Source: a virus. Taken from it: DNA of 39,800 nucleotides. Shown one piece after another: positions 15,118 through 23,650 of this stretch (position 1 is its first letter; each line of letters begins with the position of its first letter). The DNA is taken from the IMG/VR virus record IMGVR_UViG_3300028430_001052; one strand, given 5' to 3'. A model generated the notes under the pieces. That model saw only the letters and a program-made list of their open reading frames with translations, made no database searches and was not told the origin of the DNA. A program made the translations under genes and the position numbers.

Positions 15118-17402
15118 TAGCCAATGATCCTTCCAGCTGCTTTAAAGTAAGGCACTATCGCATGAATCTTGATTGGTTGGTTTTCTTCATCAGCTCCAAA
15201 GTCATCAGCATTTTGATAGATGCGCATAGTGTGAACTTTACCTGCTGAACCAACGTAGATTCGCTTCCAAACCTTAGACTGAGAGCCTCCGTTTAGTGTG
15301 AGAGTGGTTTCTTGATAGTAAGTGTTGAAGTTAGAGTCCATCTCGTTATCTATATAGAATTGAACACGAAATTTTGTCTCAGCATTTGTACTTACGAGCA
15401 AATCTACATATCCGAATCTCGCAAGCTCTCCCGCTTCGATGAAGGGGTTAAAATCTTTAGTGATCGCTTCGAAAAGACAAGGAGTGGTAGTGCCATCCAT
15501 ATCCGTGATGCTGTTTCCAAGCCCCAATTTATAAACCTTTCCATTATGATCACCTCCTAAATCTATTAAGGCGCCTTCTGTCTGTGAAAAAGTATCCCAG
15601 GTATAAAGAGCTTCTTTCCACTTATCGAAATTGTTTGCCCACACGTCATCAGCTGTGATTCTTCCAAACCCTAAACAGCTAAATGGGAAAGTGTAGACAG
15701 CGTAAGTATTATCGATATAGTTGAATGCTAAAACGCTATTAGATGGCTCAACTCCTCCCGTAGAATCATCGTCATAATCTCGATAGCAAAGCCAACCTTC
15801 TTTAAAATCATCAAACCTTTCTCCATAACATTGACCAATACTTCCCTGATCAATTGATAGTACTGGCTGCTGCTGGTCAACTCTCAGGTTCAAAGTGAAG
15901 TCTGGGATAATCTCATCTACTCGTTTGACGTTCACCCCATCTGATCCAACAATCGCTGGACGCCCAACAGAAGAGAACCAAGAGTCATAGTTGATGGCAG
16001 AATAGCTTGCGTCGCACCTCCAAATCACGTTAGTAGGATCCCACCGGAAAGGAGCAAAAGCGTCACCCGTATAACGAAAAACCATCTCCGAGTTAGAGAA
16101 TCGTACAACCAAATCTGTATTAATTACGCTAAATGTACGTATCACTTCAGAAGTTGGGGCTAAAAGCTGCTCATTATTGGTAAAGCTCAATGGGTTTCCA
16201 GCTTCAGACCAGTAAATTCCATTTAAAACAGGAGTGCCGCTTTCAAAGCATGAAATAAGCAAGAGTCTTTCCCTTTGTACTGCTACATGTAAAACTTTGC
16301 TGAGATCATATGGTGCTACAGTGTTTGGCTTTGAAGAAAGGTTTGAGTTCAAATACTTCAAACAAGTTCCATCATAGTATCTAGGAGCATCTGCTGAGTT
16401 TGTGATAAATGCTTTACCTTGATAGTTGGCGACTGAGAAGAAGTTGGTGAAATCTCCTGTAAAAGTATCCCCATAAACGCAGCCAGAAAAATTCATTTGA
16501 TTAGCAGCAGGCTGATTTACAGTGAAAACCATGCGCCACTGACCAGTCGCATAATTGATAAAATTTTGTGCCGCAGGGTTTAATGTAGAACCTGAAAGCA
16601 AGCCAGCGCCATTGTCAGTAATTGTATCTAATAAAGTCGCAGTTGGGCTAGAGCTGTTGAAGATTTTGAACTCAACTTCCCCAGGCACAAGTGATGTAGA
16701 TGAAGAGCCAGTAAAAGGGCCTGTTGTATTGTTAAAACCAGTAGCAATATTTAGAGCCTGTATTTCATGGGGGATTTCAGAAATTCCATAATCAGATTGC
16801 TGAGCAATCGCCATACTGGAAAGTAGCGTTACAACTTTTCCAACACGCTTTGTATCAAATATCAACACATCTTGTGAGCTGGTAGAACTAATAAATGGTT
16901 TTATACCCATTATAGGCTCTAAAGAACCTGGAGCAGAGTCATAAGTCAAGATAACGGTGTTATATTGCGTTCCCCCGACAGTCAAATTTGCAGGCGCAGC
17001 GGCTCCAAAAGTGACGCTAACAACTCCTGTCGTATAGTTGACTGTACCAGTTCCTCCATTGGATCCTGTTAAGGAGCCTGTTCCATTATCAGTGAAAGTT
17101 TCAACCTGGGTTGCTCCTGCATTAATAGTCGACTGCACAGTGATATTGTTTGTCGTCGGAACAGATATAGTCCCAGTAAAGGTTTTATTTGCCCCGTCAA
17201 TCACTCCCGTCAAAGCCACTTCTGTGCGATAACTCATAGTTGCAAAATGAAGATATCCAGGAATCTTCTCTACTACACCTCGATATAAATGAGCATTCTT
17301 TAGGACCTGAAAAGCATCTCTGGGCAGCAACCATGGCTCAACAGCTTCATCAAACCCTGTTCGAAAATTAGAAATAGCAAATGGAGTATATTCCTTTGAC
17401 AT
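15117..17402 (-). CDS. Tail tubular protein B / nozzle-like protein
   Basis: Size (761 aa), beta-rich composition and position match the gp12 slot of T7-like podoviruses. Confidence 0.45.
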   Translation of the reverse strand: MSKEYTPFAISNFRTGFDEAVEPWLLPRDAFQVLKNAHLYRGVVEKIPGYLHFATMSYRTEVALTGVIDGANKTFTGTISVPTTNNITVQSTINAGATQVETFTDNGTGSLTGSNGGTGTVNYTTGVVSVTFGAAAPANLTVGGTQYNTVILTYDSAPGSLEPIMGIKPFISSTSSQDVLIFDTKRVGKVVTLLSSMAIAQQSDYGISEIPHEIQALNIATGFNNTTGPFTGSSSTSLVPGEVEFKIFNSSSPTATLLDTITDNGAGLLSGSTLNPAAQNFINYATGQWRMVFTVNQPAANQMNFSGCVYGDTFTGDFTNFFSVANYQGKAFITNSADAPRYYDGTCLKYLNSNLSSKPNTVAPYDLSKVLHVAVQRERLLLISCFESGTPVLNGIYWSEAGNPLSFTNNEQLLAPTSEVIRTFSVINTDLVVRFSNSEMVFRYTGDAFAPFRWDPTNVIWRCDASYSAINYDSWFSSVGRPAIVGSDGVNVKRVDEIIPDFTLNLRVDQQQPVLSIDQGSIGQCYGERFDDFKEGWLCYRDYDDDSTGGVEPSNSVLAFNYIDNTYAVYTFPFSCLGFGRITADDVWANNFDKWKEALYTWDTFSQTEGALIDLGGDHNGKVYKLGLGNSITDMDGTTTPCLFEAITKDFNPFIEAGELARFGYVDLLVSTNAETKFRVQFYIDNEMDSNFNTYYQETTLTLNGGSQSKVWKRIYVGSAGKVHTMRIYQNADDFGADEENQPIKIHAIVPYFKAAGRIIG

Positions 17403-17989
17403 TAGTTACCTATAGCCGACCAATAAAAGCCTTTATAATTAGATGAATCTGAAAGTGCTCGCCAGTTGAAGGAGGCTTTGGCTGTTGCGTGCTGAACAGA
17501 TATAGTAGCCCGCGAACTAGGAGTAGCTCCTGATGCAAAACAGGCAGTTGTAGTAACGAAGAAACAATTATTGGGAAATGTAAAAGGAAAGGTTTGAGTT
17601 CCAGAAGTTCCATTTAAAGAAGTCGTTACAAAACCCCACTGAAGATAAACGCCACCAGGTAAACAGGTATACCCCGAAGCCGCAACCGATGGATTACGTC
17701 CTGTCAAAGCAAATGAACCTAGAGAATTCTGATAAGCTAATATTGGATTCGAACTGCCATCTCGATCTGCATAAAGAACTCCTCGTCCAGCACCAAGCCC
17801 AGGCGCTCCAGTGAAATCACTAAACGTAACCCATTGGTGATAGCCGTTTTTAGTGTCTGTGCTATCTCCGCTAGAGTAATGATCAACCTGGGCCCACGTT
17901 TGCAAATAGTTGAAATTAGCATTAATGATAGGCTGACTAGCAGCAACTGTTTGGTTCGGCTGCGGGACATTTGATGTGTAAAGAACCAT
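17402..17989 (-). CDS. Tail appendage / fibre-like protein
   Basis: The N-terminus QPIINANFNYLQ...GYHQWVTF...GVLYAD is common in phage fibre and baseplate proteins. Confidence 0.35.
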   Translation of the reverse strand: MVLYTSNVPQPNQTVAASQPIINANFNYLQTWAQVDHYSSGDSTDTKNGYHQWVTFSDFTGAPGLGAGRGVLYADRDGSSNPILAYQNSLGSFALTGRNPSVAASGYTCLPGGVYLQWGFVTTSLNGTSGTQTFPFTFPNNCFFVTTTACFASGATPSSRATISVQHATAKASFNWRALSDSSNYKGFYWSAIGN

Positions 17990-17998
17990 TTTCTACTC

Positions 17999-18913
17999 CT
18001 AAAATGCTGGGACTGAACGTTGATATAAATACATTTCATAAGTGTCTTGCATACAAACGTCTTTATAACGGTTGTATTGAGTCATTATCTGGTCGTACTG
18101 ATCCATTTGGTTGAAATCCGCAAAGATCTCTAAAGAGGCTCCATAAGCAATCAATGGGCCTAGATCGGAACGGAAAGGAACATCTGTGGTGTTAGTTAAG
18201 GAAGGAGGAATCTGTATCCCCTGCATCTTTATGAGGTAGACATCATCCGGTACAGGTCGCAGCACAAAATACTTCTGGTCATTCCTGGCTGATTGAGTAG
18301 CACTATCTAAAGGCGCACTCTTAAAGTAAAGAATCGACTGAGGCCTATTAGCCATGTAAGTTTGCGATGTTGCGGAAATGTTCGCATTAGCAGATGGTGC
18401 TACCGAAAATGTAATAGACACCGCGCCAGTAGTATAATCAATAGCGCCAGTAGCAGGTGAAAGAAATCCCCCGGCCCCGTCATCCTGGGCCACCTGACTC
18501 CCGTCGGTGACATATAAACTCCCTGGTAGTATTGGATAGGCAGAGACATTAAAACTGAAGCTAGTAGTTGTTCCATCACCTGTAGCAATTGCCGCTTTGT
18601 TGTCTTGTTCTGGCCAATCTTGGTAAAATAAATCGGGTGACGTATACCATTCGATTGGGTAGCCATCACACCAAACTTGAGGATTTAACGTTTGGAATGA
18701 AGTTGTAGGGCCGACATATTGATCTACGTTTGGCTCGGTAAAGAATTGATAATACGTATAGCCCCAAGAGATTTTCAGCTCTTTGAGCAACACGTATTGG
18801 TAAAACTTGTTGATATAGTCGTCCAATGTCGTGTTAGACATCATACCAGTAGAAGGACGACCTGTTGTAGATCGTACTTTTGATCTAATATCAGCAAGTG
18901 TCCATTCAGCCAT
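17999..18913 (-). CDS. Head-tail adaptor / tail tubular A-like protein
   Basis: Called from position after the capsid genes. The N-terminus reads LADIRSKVR...LDDYINKFYQYV. Confidence 0.35.
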   Translation of the reverse strand: MAEWTLADIRSKVRSTTGRPSTGMMSNTTLDDYINKFYQYVLLKELKISWGYTYYQFFTEPNVDQYVGPTTSFQTLNPQVWCDGYPIEWYTSPDLFYQDWPEQDNKAAIATGDGTTTSFSFNVSAYPILPGSLYVTDGSQVAQDDGAGGFLSPATGAIDYTTGAVSITFSVAPSANANISATSQTYMANRPQSILYFKSAPLDSATQSARNDQKYFVLRPVPDDVYLIKMQGIQIPPSLTNTTDVPFRSDLGPLIAYGASLEIFADFNQMDQYDQIMTQYNRYKDVCMQDTYEMYLYQRSVPAF

Positions 18914-19311
18914 TACGCCCTCTCACAAACAAAGTGTGTTTTAAATCCAGCGACATATACTTCTGGGATTCCATCGTTATTCCTGCGGTACTTTTCAATA
19001 TTTTCGCGGCAGCTTTCTAGATTGCGGATTACTTCATAAGGCAAATTGTATTCATGACCGTCTATTAGCTTATACATCTTGAAAGGATGAGTTTTGCTGG
19101 CATAGTGAAATTCTAAAGGATGACCAGGATCTCTTTGGTTACGGAATATAATCTTTTCGTAATGTGGCATCTCGTTTGCTATAACCACTTCGTTTTCCTT
19201 AAGTTCCGCAGCTACTCTTTCAATTGACTCATCAGCAGGTCCAGATAAATGTTGCTCTTGCAGCTTCTCTACAGGAACTTTTTTTTCAGGTCTTTTTGTT
19301 ACGATTGCCAT
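18913..19311 (-). CDS. Hypothetical virion-module protein
   Basis: ORF coupled to the downstream gene. Confidence 0.35.
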   Translation of the reverse strand: MAIVTKRPEKKVPVEKLQEQHLSGPADESIERVAAELKENEVVIANEMPHYEKIIFRNQRDPGHPLEFHYASKTHPFKMYKLIDGHEYNLPYEVIRNLESCRENIEKYRRNNDGIPEVYVAGFKTHFVCERA

Positions 19312-19425
19312 TAATTGACTCCTATATTGTTATAGATATAATTCTACGAGGAAGAGTCGCCTCCTCCCCGTCGGTTAACAACCAAATTAATAAATTTAGT
19401 TGAATACAATCCTATTGGATGGTGA

Positions 19426-20088
19426 CTACCAGCCAGTCGGCGTTTGCGTCCAAGCTTCCCAGTAGAAAACGTCAGCATTGTTACGGAACAAAGATGTTCC
19501 GAGAATAATACCAGACGATCCTGTGTCATATTGGTTTCCTGGAGGCGTACTACTAGAAGAAATCTTATTAGCAATACCGCCAGAAGTGTAAGTACCATAT
19601 GCAGAAGAATCGACTGCGTTTCCGAAAAGATCCCTTAAGCTAAATGAGTTTGCATCAACCACCGTAATAAGATAACGGTTAGCATTTAGCTGAGTCATTC
19701 CTCTTACACCACTGATTGTCACAGTGTCTCCTGTAGAGAAACCATGAGCAGTAGCAGTAATCACGCAAGGATTAGCCTTTGTTGCTGCTGAAATAGTAGC
19801 TTGAGTAGCTGTCCAGGAAGCACCTGTGTTAAAGGTTGTAAATCCGTTGCTTGTAAGAATAGACGGAACTTGATATACGCCCGTTACATCAGCATCAGTA
19901 GATGTTGTCTTGATAAGAGCATAGCCAGCCGCCATTCCGTAATTGAATTCAGCTTCTGAAACAACTGTCGCAGTTGCATACCCTGTGTAGTTAACTAGCT
20001 TAAACTTGCTAGGAACAAACCCCAAAGTGATTGTCTGCGCAGCAGCAGTTGAGGGGGCTGTAAATGTACCAAATCTGTATTGTGACAT
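19426..20088 (-). CDS. Capsid decoration / head fibre-like protein with an FCCH-like beta domain
   Basis: ANPCVITATAHGFSTGDTVTISGVRGMTQLNANRYLITVVDANSFSL is the motif often annotated as the ubiquitin-activating E1 FCCH domain in phage head proteins. The gene lies directly after the capsid gene. Confidence 0.5.
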   Translation of the reverse strand: MSQYRFGTFTAPSTAAAQTITLGFVPSKFKLVNYTGYATATVVSEAEFNYGMAAGYALIKTTSTDADVTGVYQVPSILTSNGFTTFNTGASWTATQATISAATKANPCVITATAHGFSTGDTVTISGVRGMTQLNANRYLITVVDANSFSLRDLFGNAVDSSAYGTYTSGGIANKISSSSTPPGNQYDTGSSGIILGTSLFRNNADVFYWEAWTQTPTGW

Positions 20089-20103
20089 GTTTTCCTCCTA
20101 GGA

Positions 20104-21048
20104 TTATAGTCTTTGAGTTGACAACAGACGTGTGATCCAGTTGTCATTGAGGAGGCGAGTCGCAAATGGATACTTGTACCCTACAGAACCTCGTTGGTTT
20201 AATGGATCAGATGTTCCGCTAGAGCCTAATGGCTTCACGATAAACTCAGCTTCTTTAGAACCAAGCTTCACAACTCCATAAGCCTCTTGTCCAAGGATAA
20301 TGCTGTTCCATACTGGTGTTGCAGCGCTGGAAGAGTATCCGTTAGTACTTAAGAGCCATCGAACGTTGTTGGTTGAACCCCACTCAGCTTCCAAAGCATC
20401 CGTTGGGTTTGGATAGTTAGCAGCTGACAAGAAGTCTGCGCAAGCCTCGAGATCGCTTTGGATTGTAACATCCATGAATCCCCAATATGAGCTACGCACA
20501 GGGCTTGTGTTGTAGCGGTTTTCCCCCACAATAGGCTTCGTCATCAAGCGAGCATTGCCCAAACGAAGAGCGCGCACTGCTGTTTTAATATCTGCTGTAG
20601 TGATTTCTGTTGGAGTTCCTCCGTTCACACCGTTTGAACAAGAGATCGAACTTGCTGTCGCGACCATCATGTTTCTGATCAACGTATCAATTGTTAAGCC
20701 CAATTGAAGTGAAAGAACACGTGTAGCTTCGTTAAGAACACGATCTTGCACAGTGAATTGAACTTGGTCTGTTAACACAACAAAGTTTCCGTACCACTTA
20801 ATTTGTGTACTGAAATCTGTTACGGCTAACGCATCTCCTGGAGGAGTTGTACCATCTTGAATTGGCACAGTTGCAGCAGAAAGAGTCGCATACCGTCTAA
20901 AGATCATCTGATCGCCAGAATTGAGAGGTATAGTTCTCTTCTGAGCGAACATGTCGTAGATGTAGTAAGGGCGAGCTAATGTCAACAGGAGGCGGTCAAA
21001 ATAGGTCCGCACTTCTGGTGGCACTTGTGTTGTAGTTGTAATTGGCAT
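20104..21048 (-). CDS. Major capsid protein (HK97 fold; N4 gp56/SIO1-like family, from memory)
   Basis: Follows the scaffold gene. The N-terminus YFDRLLLTLARPYYIYDMFAQKRTIPLNSGDQMIFRRY is typical of this capsid family. Confidence 0.7.
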   Translation of the reverse strand: MPITTTTQVPPEVRTYFDRLLLTLARPYYIYDMFAQKRTIPLNSGDQMIFRRYATLSAATVPIQDGTTPPGDALAVTDFSTQIKWYGNFVVLTDQVQFTVQDRVLNEATRVLSLQLGLTIDTLIRNMMVATASSISCSNGVNGGTPTEITTADIKTAVRALRLGNARLMTKPIVGENRYNTSPVRSSYWGFMDVTIQSDLEACADFLSAANYPNPTDALEAEWGSTNNVRWLLSTNGYSSSAATPVWNSIILGQEAYGVVKLGSKEAEFIVKPLGSSGTSDPLNQRGSVGYKYPFATRLLNDNWITRLLSTQRL

Positions 21049-21063
21049 ATATCAACCTTTCAG

Positions 21064-21819
21064 TTAGATACTCGCCAGATTCCTCGCTGCAATCTTCATA
21101 AAATCTTCGTCAGACATACTTGCGTAATAATCAGCAGCACTTAATTGCCCTTGACCACCAACGCTGGAAAGCGTTTGTGGTTTATGCGCATTAGCTATAG
21201 CTCTTTGTCCATTCATGTTGTTCTGAGGGACATTCGATACAGTTTGGGACGCTTTTGCATTAAGCTCCGCTAACAAGTAAGCTGCCTCGTATGGATTGCT
21301 CGCATTTTGGATCATCTCGGCAAATATCGGGTTTTTACTAGTTAATTGCGGGACGTGCTGAGTCACCATGTTGTTCCAGTCTTGGCGTTGAGTCTTCGTT
21401 TCGAGAGCAGTTAGAGCGTCTTTAATCTCATGTCTTAGAGATTGATTTTCTTGTCTGATCGCATCAAAAGCTTTTCTAACGTCGCGCGAATCATCCCAAT
21501 CTAATGCCGAATAGACATCTTGCTGAGCTGCTTGCGCCGATTCTGGTTGACGAGAAGGAACCTTAGAGTAAGCTTCCGCTTGACCCTTCCAATACTCCCT
21601 CTCTTCTTTCATCTTGGCAACTTCCTCACGTAATGCCCGAAAATTCATTTGTTGTTCGGACAATTGCTCCTGACCGGCGACGTCTGGCATATTTGCGCCC
21701 GCATTTAAAGAGTCATCGACGACATGACCAGCTGTTACGTCTTGATATGAGTTGTATTGTTGTGGCGAAATCTCAGGAAACAACTCAGTCCCTGGGCTCG
21801 ACATATCTAAATCTTCCAT
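21064..21819 (-). CDS. Scaffolding protein
   Basis: Acidic, Gln-rich and helical, located immediately upstream of the capsid gene. Confidence 0.55.
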   Translation of the reverse strand: MEDLDMSSPGTELFPEISPQQYNSYQDVTAGHVVDDSLNAGANMPDVAGQEQLSEQQMNFRALREEVAKMKEEREYWKGQAEAYSKVPSRQPESAQAAQQDVYSALDWDDSRDVRKAFDAIRQENQSLRHEIKDALTALETKTQRQDWNNMVTQHVPQLTSKNPIFAEMIQNASNPYEAAYLLAELNAKASQTVSNVPQNNMNGQRAIANAHKPQTLSSVGGQGQLSAADYYASMSDEDFMKIAARNLASI

Positions 21820-21870
21820 TATTGTTCCTCTTTGGTCTCGGCGGCAGACCTGTTGTTTTCGCCCGTCTTC

Positions 21871-21898
21871 AAAAAAAAATACTTGTCACTTTTGACAA
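21871..21898 (-). terminator. Weak hairpin plus T9 (attenuator/terminator-like) upstream of the scaffold gene
   Basis: On the minus strand, TTGTCA-AAAG-TGACAA is followed by GTATTTTTTTTT. Confidence 0.35.
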
Positions 21899-21913
21899 AA
21901 TTTTTTAGAGAAA

Positions 21914-22327
21914 CTATGCCAATAAAATCGACCCCGACTTTTTGGCAGCTTGTTCTATAGTTGGGACAAAATCCTTACTACTACTCGACAACTCTATCTC
22001 ACTGACAGGCACGTCGTATGGCAATGAAAGATCTGTTTCAACTGTTAGTTGTTTTTCTTCATGGCCCCACTTAAAAACCAAAACACCAACCATTGCGCGC
22101 GGTGGACGCTTTGCAATCACTTCCCATCCTGCAACAATCGTATTAGCGTTTTTAACGTGTGGTTTTGCTGCATACAACACCCAAAAATCGTGCTTTAATT
22201 GCTTAGAGTACAGTTCGGCGAGCTTCTGAGCATCCGTCCAGCAATCTTTTGCCATCGGTTCTCTTGTTTCTCCCATCTCTTGCATTCCAGAGTTACGCTT
22301 CTGTCCAATTAGTGTTGTTTGCATCAA
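21914..22327 (-). CDS. Hypothetical protein (137 aa)
   Basis: ORF in the late operon. Confidence 0.4.
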   Translation of the reverse strand: MMQTTLIGQKRNSGMQEMGETREPMAKDCWTDAQKLAELYSKQLKHDFWVLYAAKPHVKNANTIVAGWEVIAKRPPRAMVGVLVFKWGHEEKQLTVETDLSLPYDVPVSEIELSSSSKDFVPTIEQAAKKSGSILLA

Positions 22328-22337
22328 TGCTCCTTAA

Positions 22338-22583
22338 TTAAGCCCAGTTATAATCTCTGAATTGGCCATGCGCTTTGTTGAAATCGCTCTCAACGGCACG
22401 CTTTCCTGCCATTCCATAAGCTTCATCCATGGCATCCATCTTCATTTCATAAACACCTGCTTGCCAATCTTTAGCTACAGTTTCAGGTGTTGTTTCACTT
22501 TGATGGCTAACCATTGGCTCACGCTGGTTAAATCTTTCCATGCTTTCAAATCCGCCTTGTCGGCCTGAAGGATTCTCTCTCAT
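22338..22583 (-). CDS. Hypothetical protein (81 aa)
   Basis: ORF in the late operon. Confidence 0.4.
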   Translation of the reverse strand: MRENPSGRQGGFESMERFNQREPMVSHQSETTPETVAKDWQAGVYEMKMDAMDEAYGMAGKRAVESDFNKAHGQFRDYNWA

Positions 22584-22696
22584 GATTTCTTCTCCTTGTT
22601 TGTTTTCAATTTCTCTTTAATGCTTTTTGGAGCGCTAACACGATCTGTTTTTTTGAGCTGACTCCGAGCCTGCTCTAGTGCATTTTTCTTTTTCAT
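22580..22696 (-). CDS. Possible 38-aa lysine-rich peptide, not in the ORF track
   Basis: ATGA-type overlaps with both neighbours. Confidence 0.25.
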   Translation of the reverse strand: MKKKNALEQARSQLKKTDRVSAPKSIKEKLKTNKEKKS

Positions 22697-22893
22697 TTTA
22701 TTTTCAGCTCTAAATGGTGTGTCTTTTTCTGAAAGTTCTCATATAGCCCATTGCTTAAATGCCAGTTAGTGGGCATATAGGCCGTGTTAATAGACCCACA
22801 AGAGTCAATTATTCCCTTCACTTCACGGTCACTCATGCACTCAATGTAGCGCTTAAGCTTTGTGACTGCTAAAATCAATTCGTTCTTTGTCAT
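22693..22893 (-). CDS. Hypothetical protein (66 aa)
   Basis: ORF with a 4-nt overlap with the upstream gene. Confidence 0.35.
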   Translation of the reverse strand: MTKNELILAVTKLKRYIECMSDREVKGIIDSCGSINTAYMPTNWHLSNGLYENFQKKTHHLELKIK

Positions 22894-23198
22894 GACCCGT
22901 ATCCTTGTCCTTCAGTTCCATATTCAGCACTAGGAAGCAGTGTATTTTGCGGCGTCCTTGGGTTTTCATAAACCGGACGACCAGGAGTCACTCCTTGCCA
23001 ACTTTCCCAATACTCATGCTGCGCTCTTTCTGCGTTTAAAGCGCGCTGCAATTCCGTCGTTTCCGCGCCTCTATTGCTCTTTTCACGCGCAGTATAACCA
23101 CCACGCATCATCTGTTTCTTAGCCCACTCCCCAGGCAAAGGATGAGACTTTGGGGGATAACTATCGTATTGACCTGGCTGAGGCTTTAGCGTATTCAT
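22890..23198 (-). CDS. Hypothetical Pro/Gly/Gln-rich protein (102 aa)
   Basis: ORF coupled to its neighbours. Confidence 0.35.
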   Translation of the reverse strand: MNTLKPQPGQYDSYPPKSHPLPGEWAKKQMMRGGYTAREKSNRGAETTELQRALNAERAQHEYWESWQGVTPGRPVYENPRTPQNTLLPSAEYGTEGQGYGS

Positions 23199-23401
23199 TA
23201 AGGCTTCCCGCTAAATTGAATTCCATCCGTGTAATCAATCATTTGGCCTGCAATCATTTGGAATTTACGGCCACTCACCTTACAGCTCACTTCATTCTCT
23301 AAATACTCTCTAGAGTGGGGCTGCATTCCAACTACGTCTAATTGACTCGACCAACTTGGCTCAAGTTCCTCTCTCTGATACGCATCAAACGGACCGAACA
23401 T
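23198..23401 (-). CDS. Hypothetical protein (67 aa)
   Basis: ORF coupled to its neighbours. Confidence 0.35.
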   Translation of the reverse strand: MFGPFDAYQREELEPSWSSQLDVVGMQPHSREYLENEVSCKVSGRKFQMIAGQMIDYTDGIQFSGKP

Positions 23402-23461
23402 AATTTCACCTCTTGTAATGATCTTGCAGTTCTTTTAAACATCTCTTTAGACAGCGACTGC

Positions 23462-23650
23462 TCATTCGCTATACATCCATCTTTCAACCGGCTGCCCTTT
23501 ATAGTTCAATCCATCCCATCCCGTTCCCGTCCACCAACCAGGGATGATTTTTCTCCCTACGTCAAGATGGCATAGGGCATAGTGTTCTCTTTGACTCGGC
23601 TTCACTTGGCAAGCATCAAACCATATTTTTTTATCTTTCAGTTTCGCCAT
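23462..23650 (-). CDS. DUF551-like small protein
   Basis: The Trp-rich pattern W....KP......L......IIPGWWTGTGWDG......VERWMY resembles DUF551. Confidence 0.4.
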   Translation of the reverse strand: MAKLKDKKIWFDACQVKPSQREHYALCHLDVGRKIIPGWWTGTGWDGLNYKGQPVERWMYSE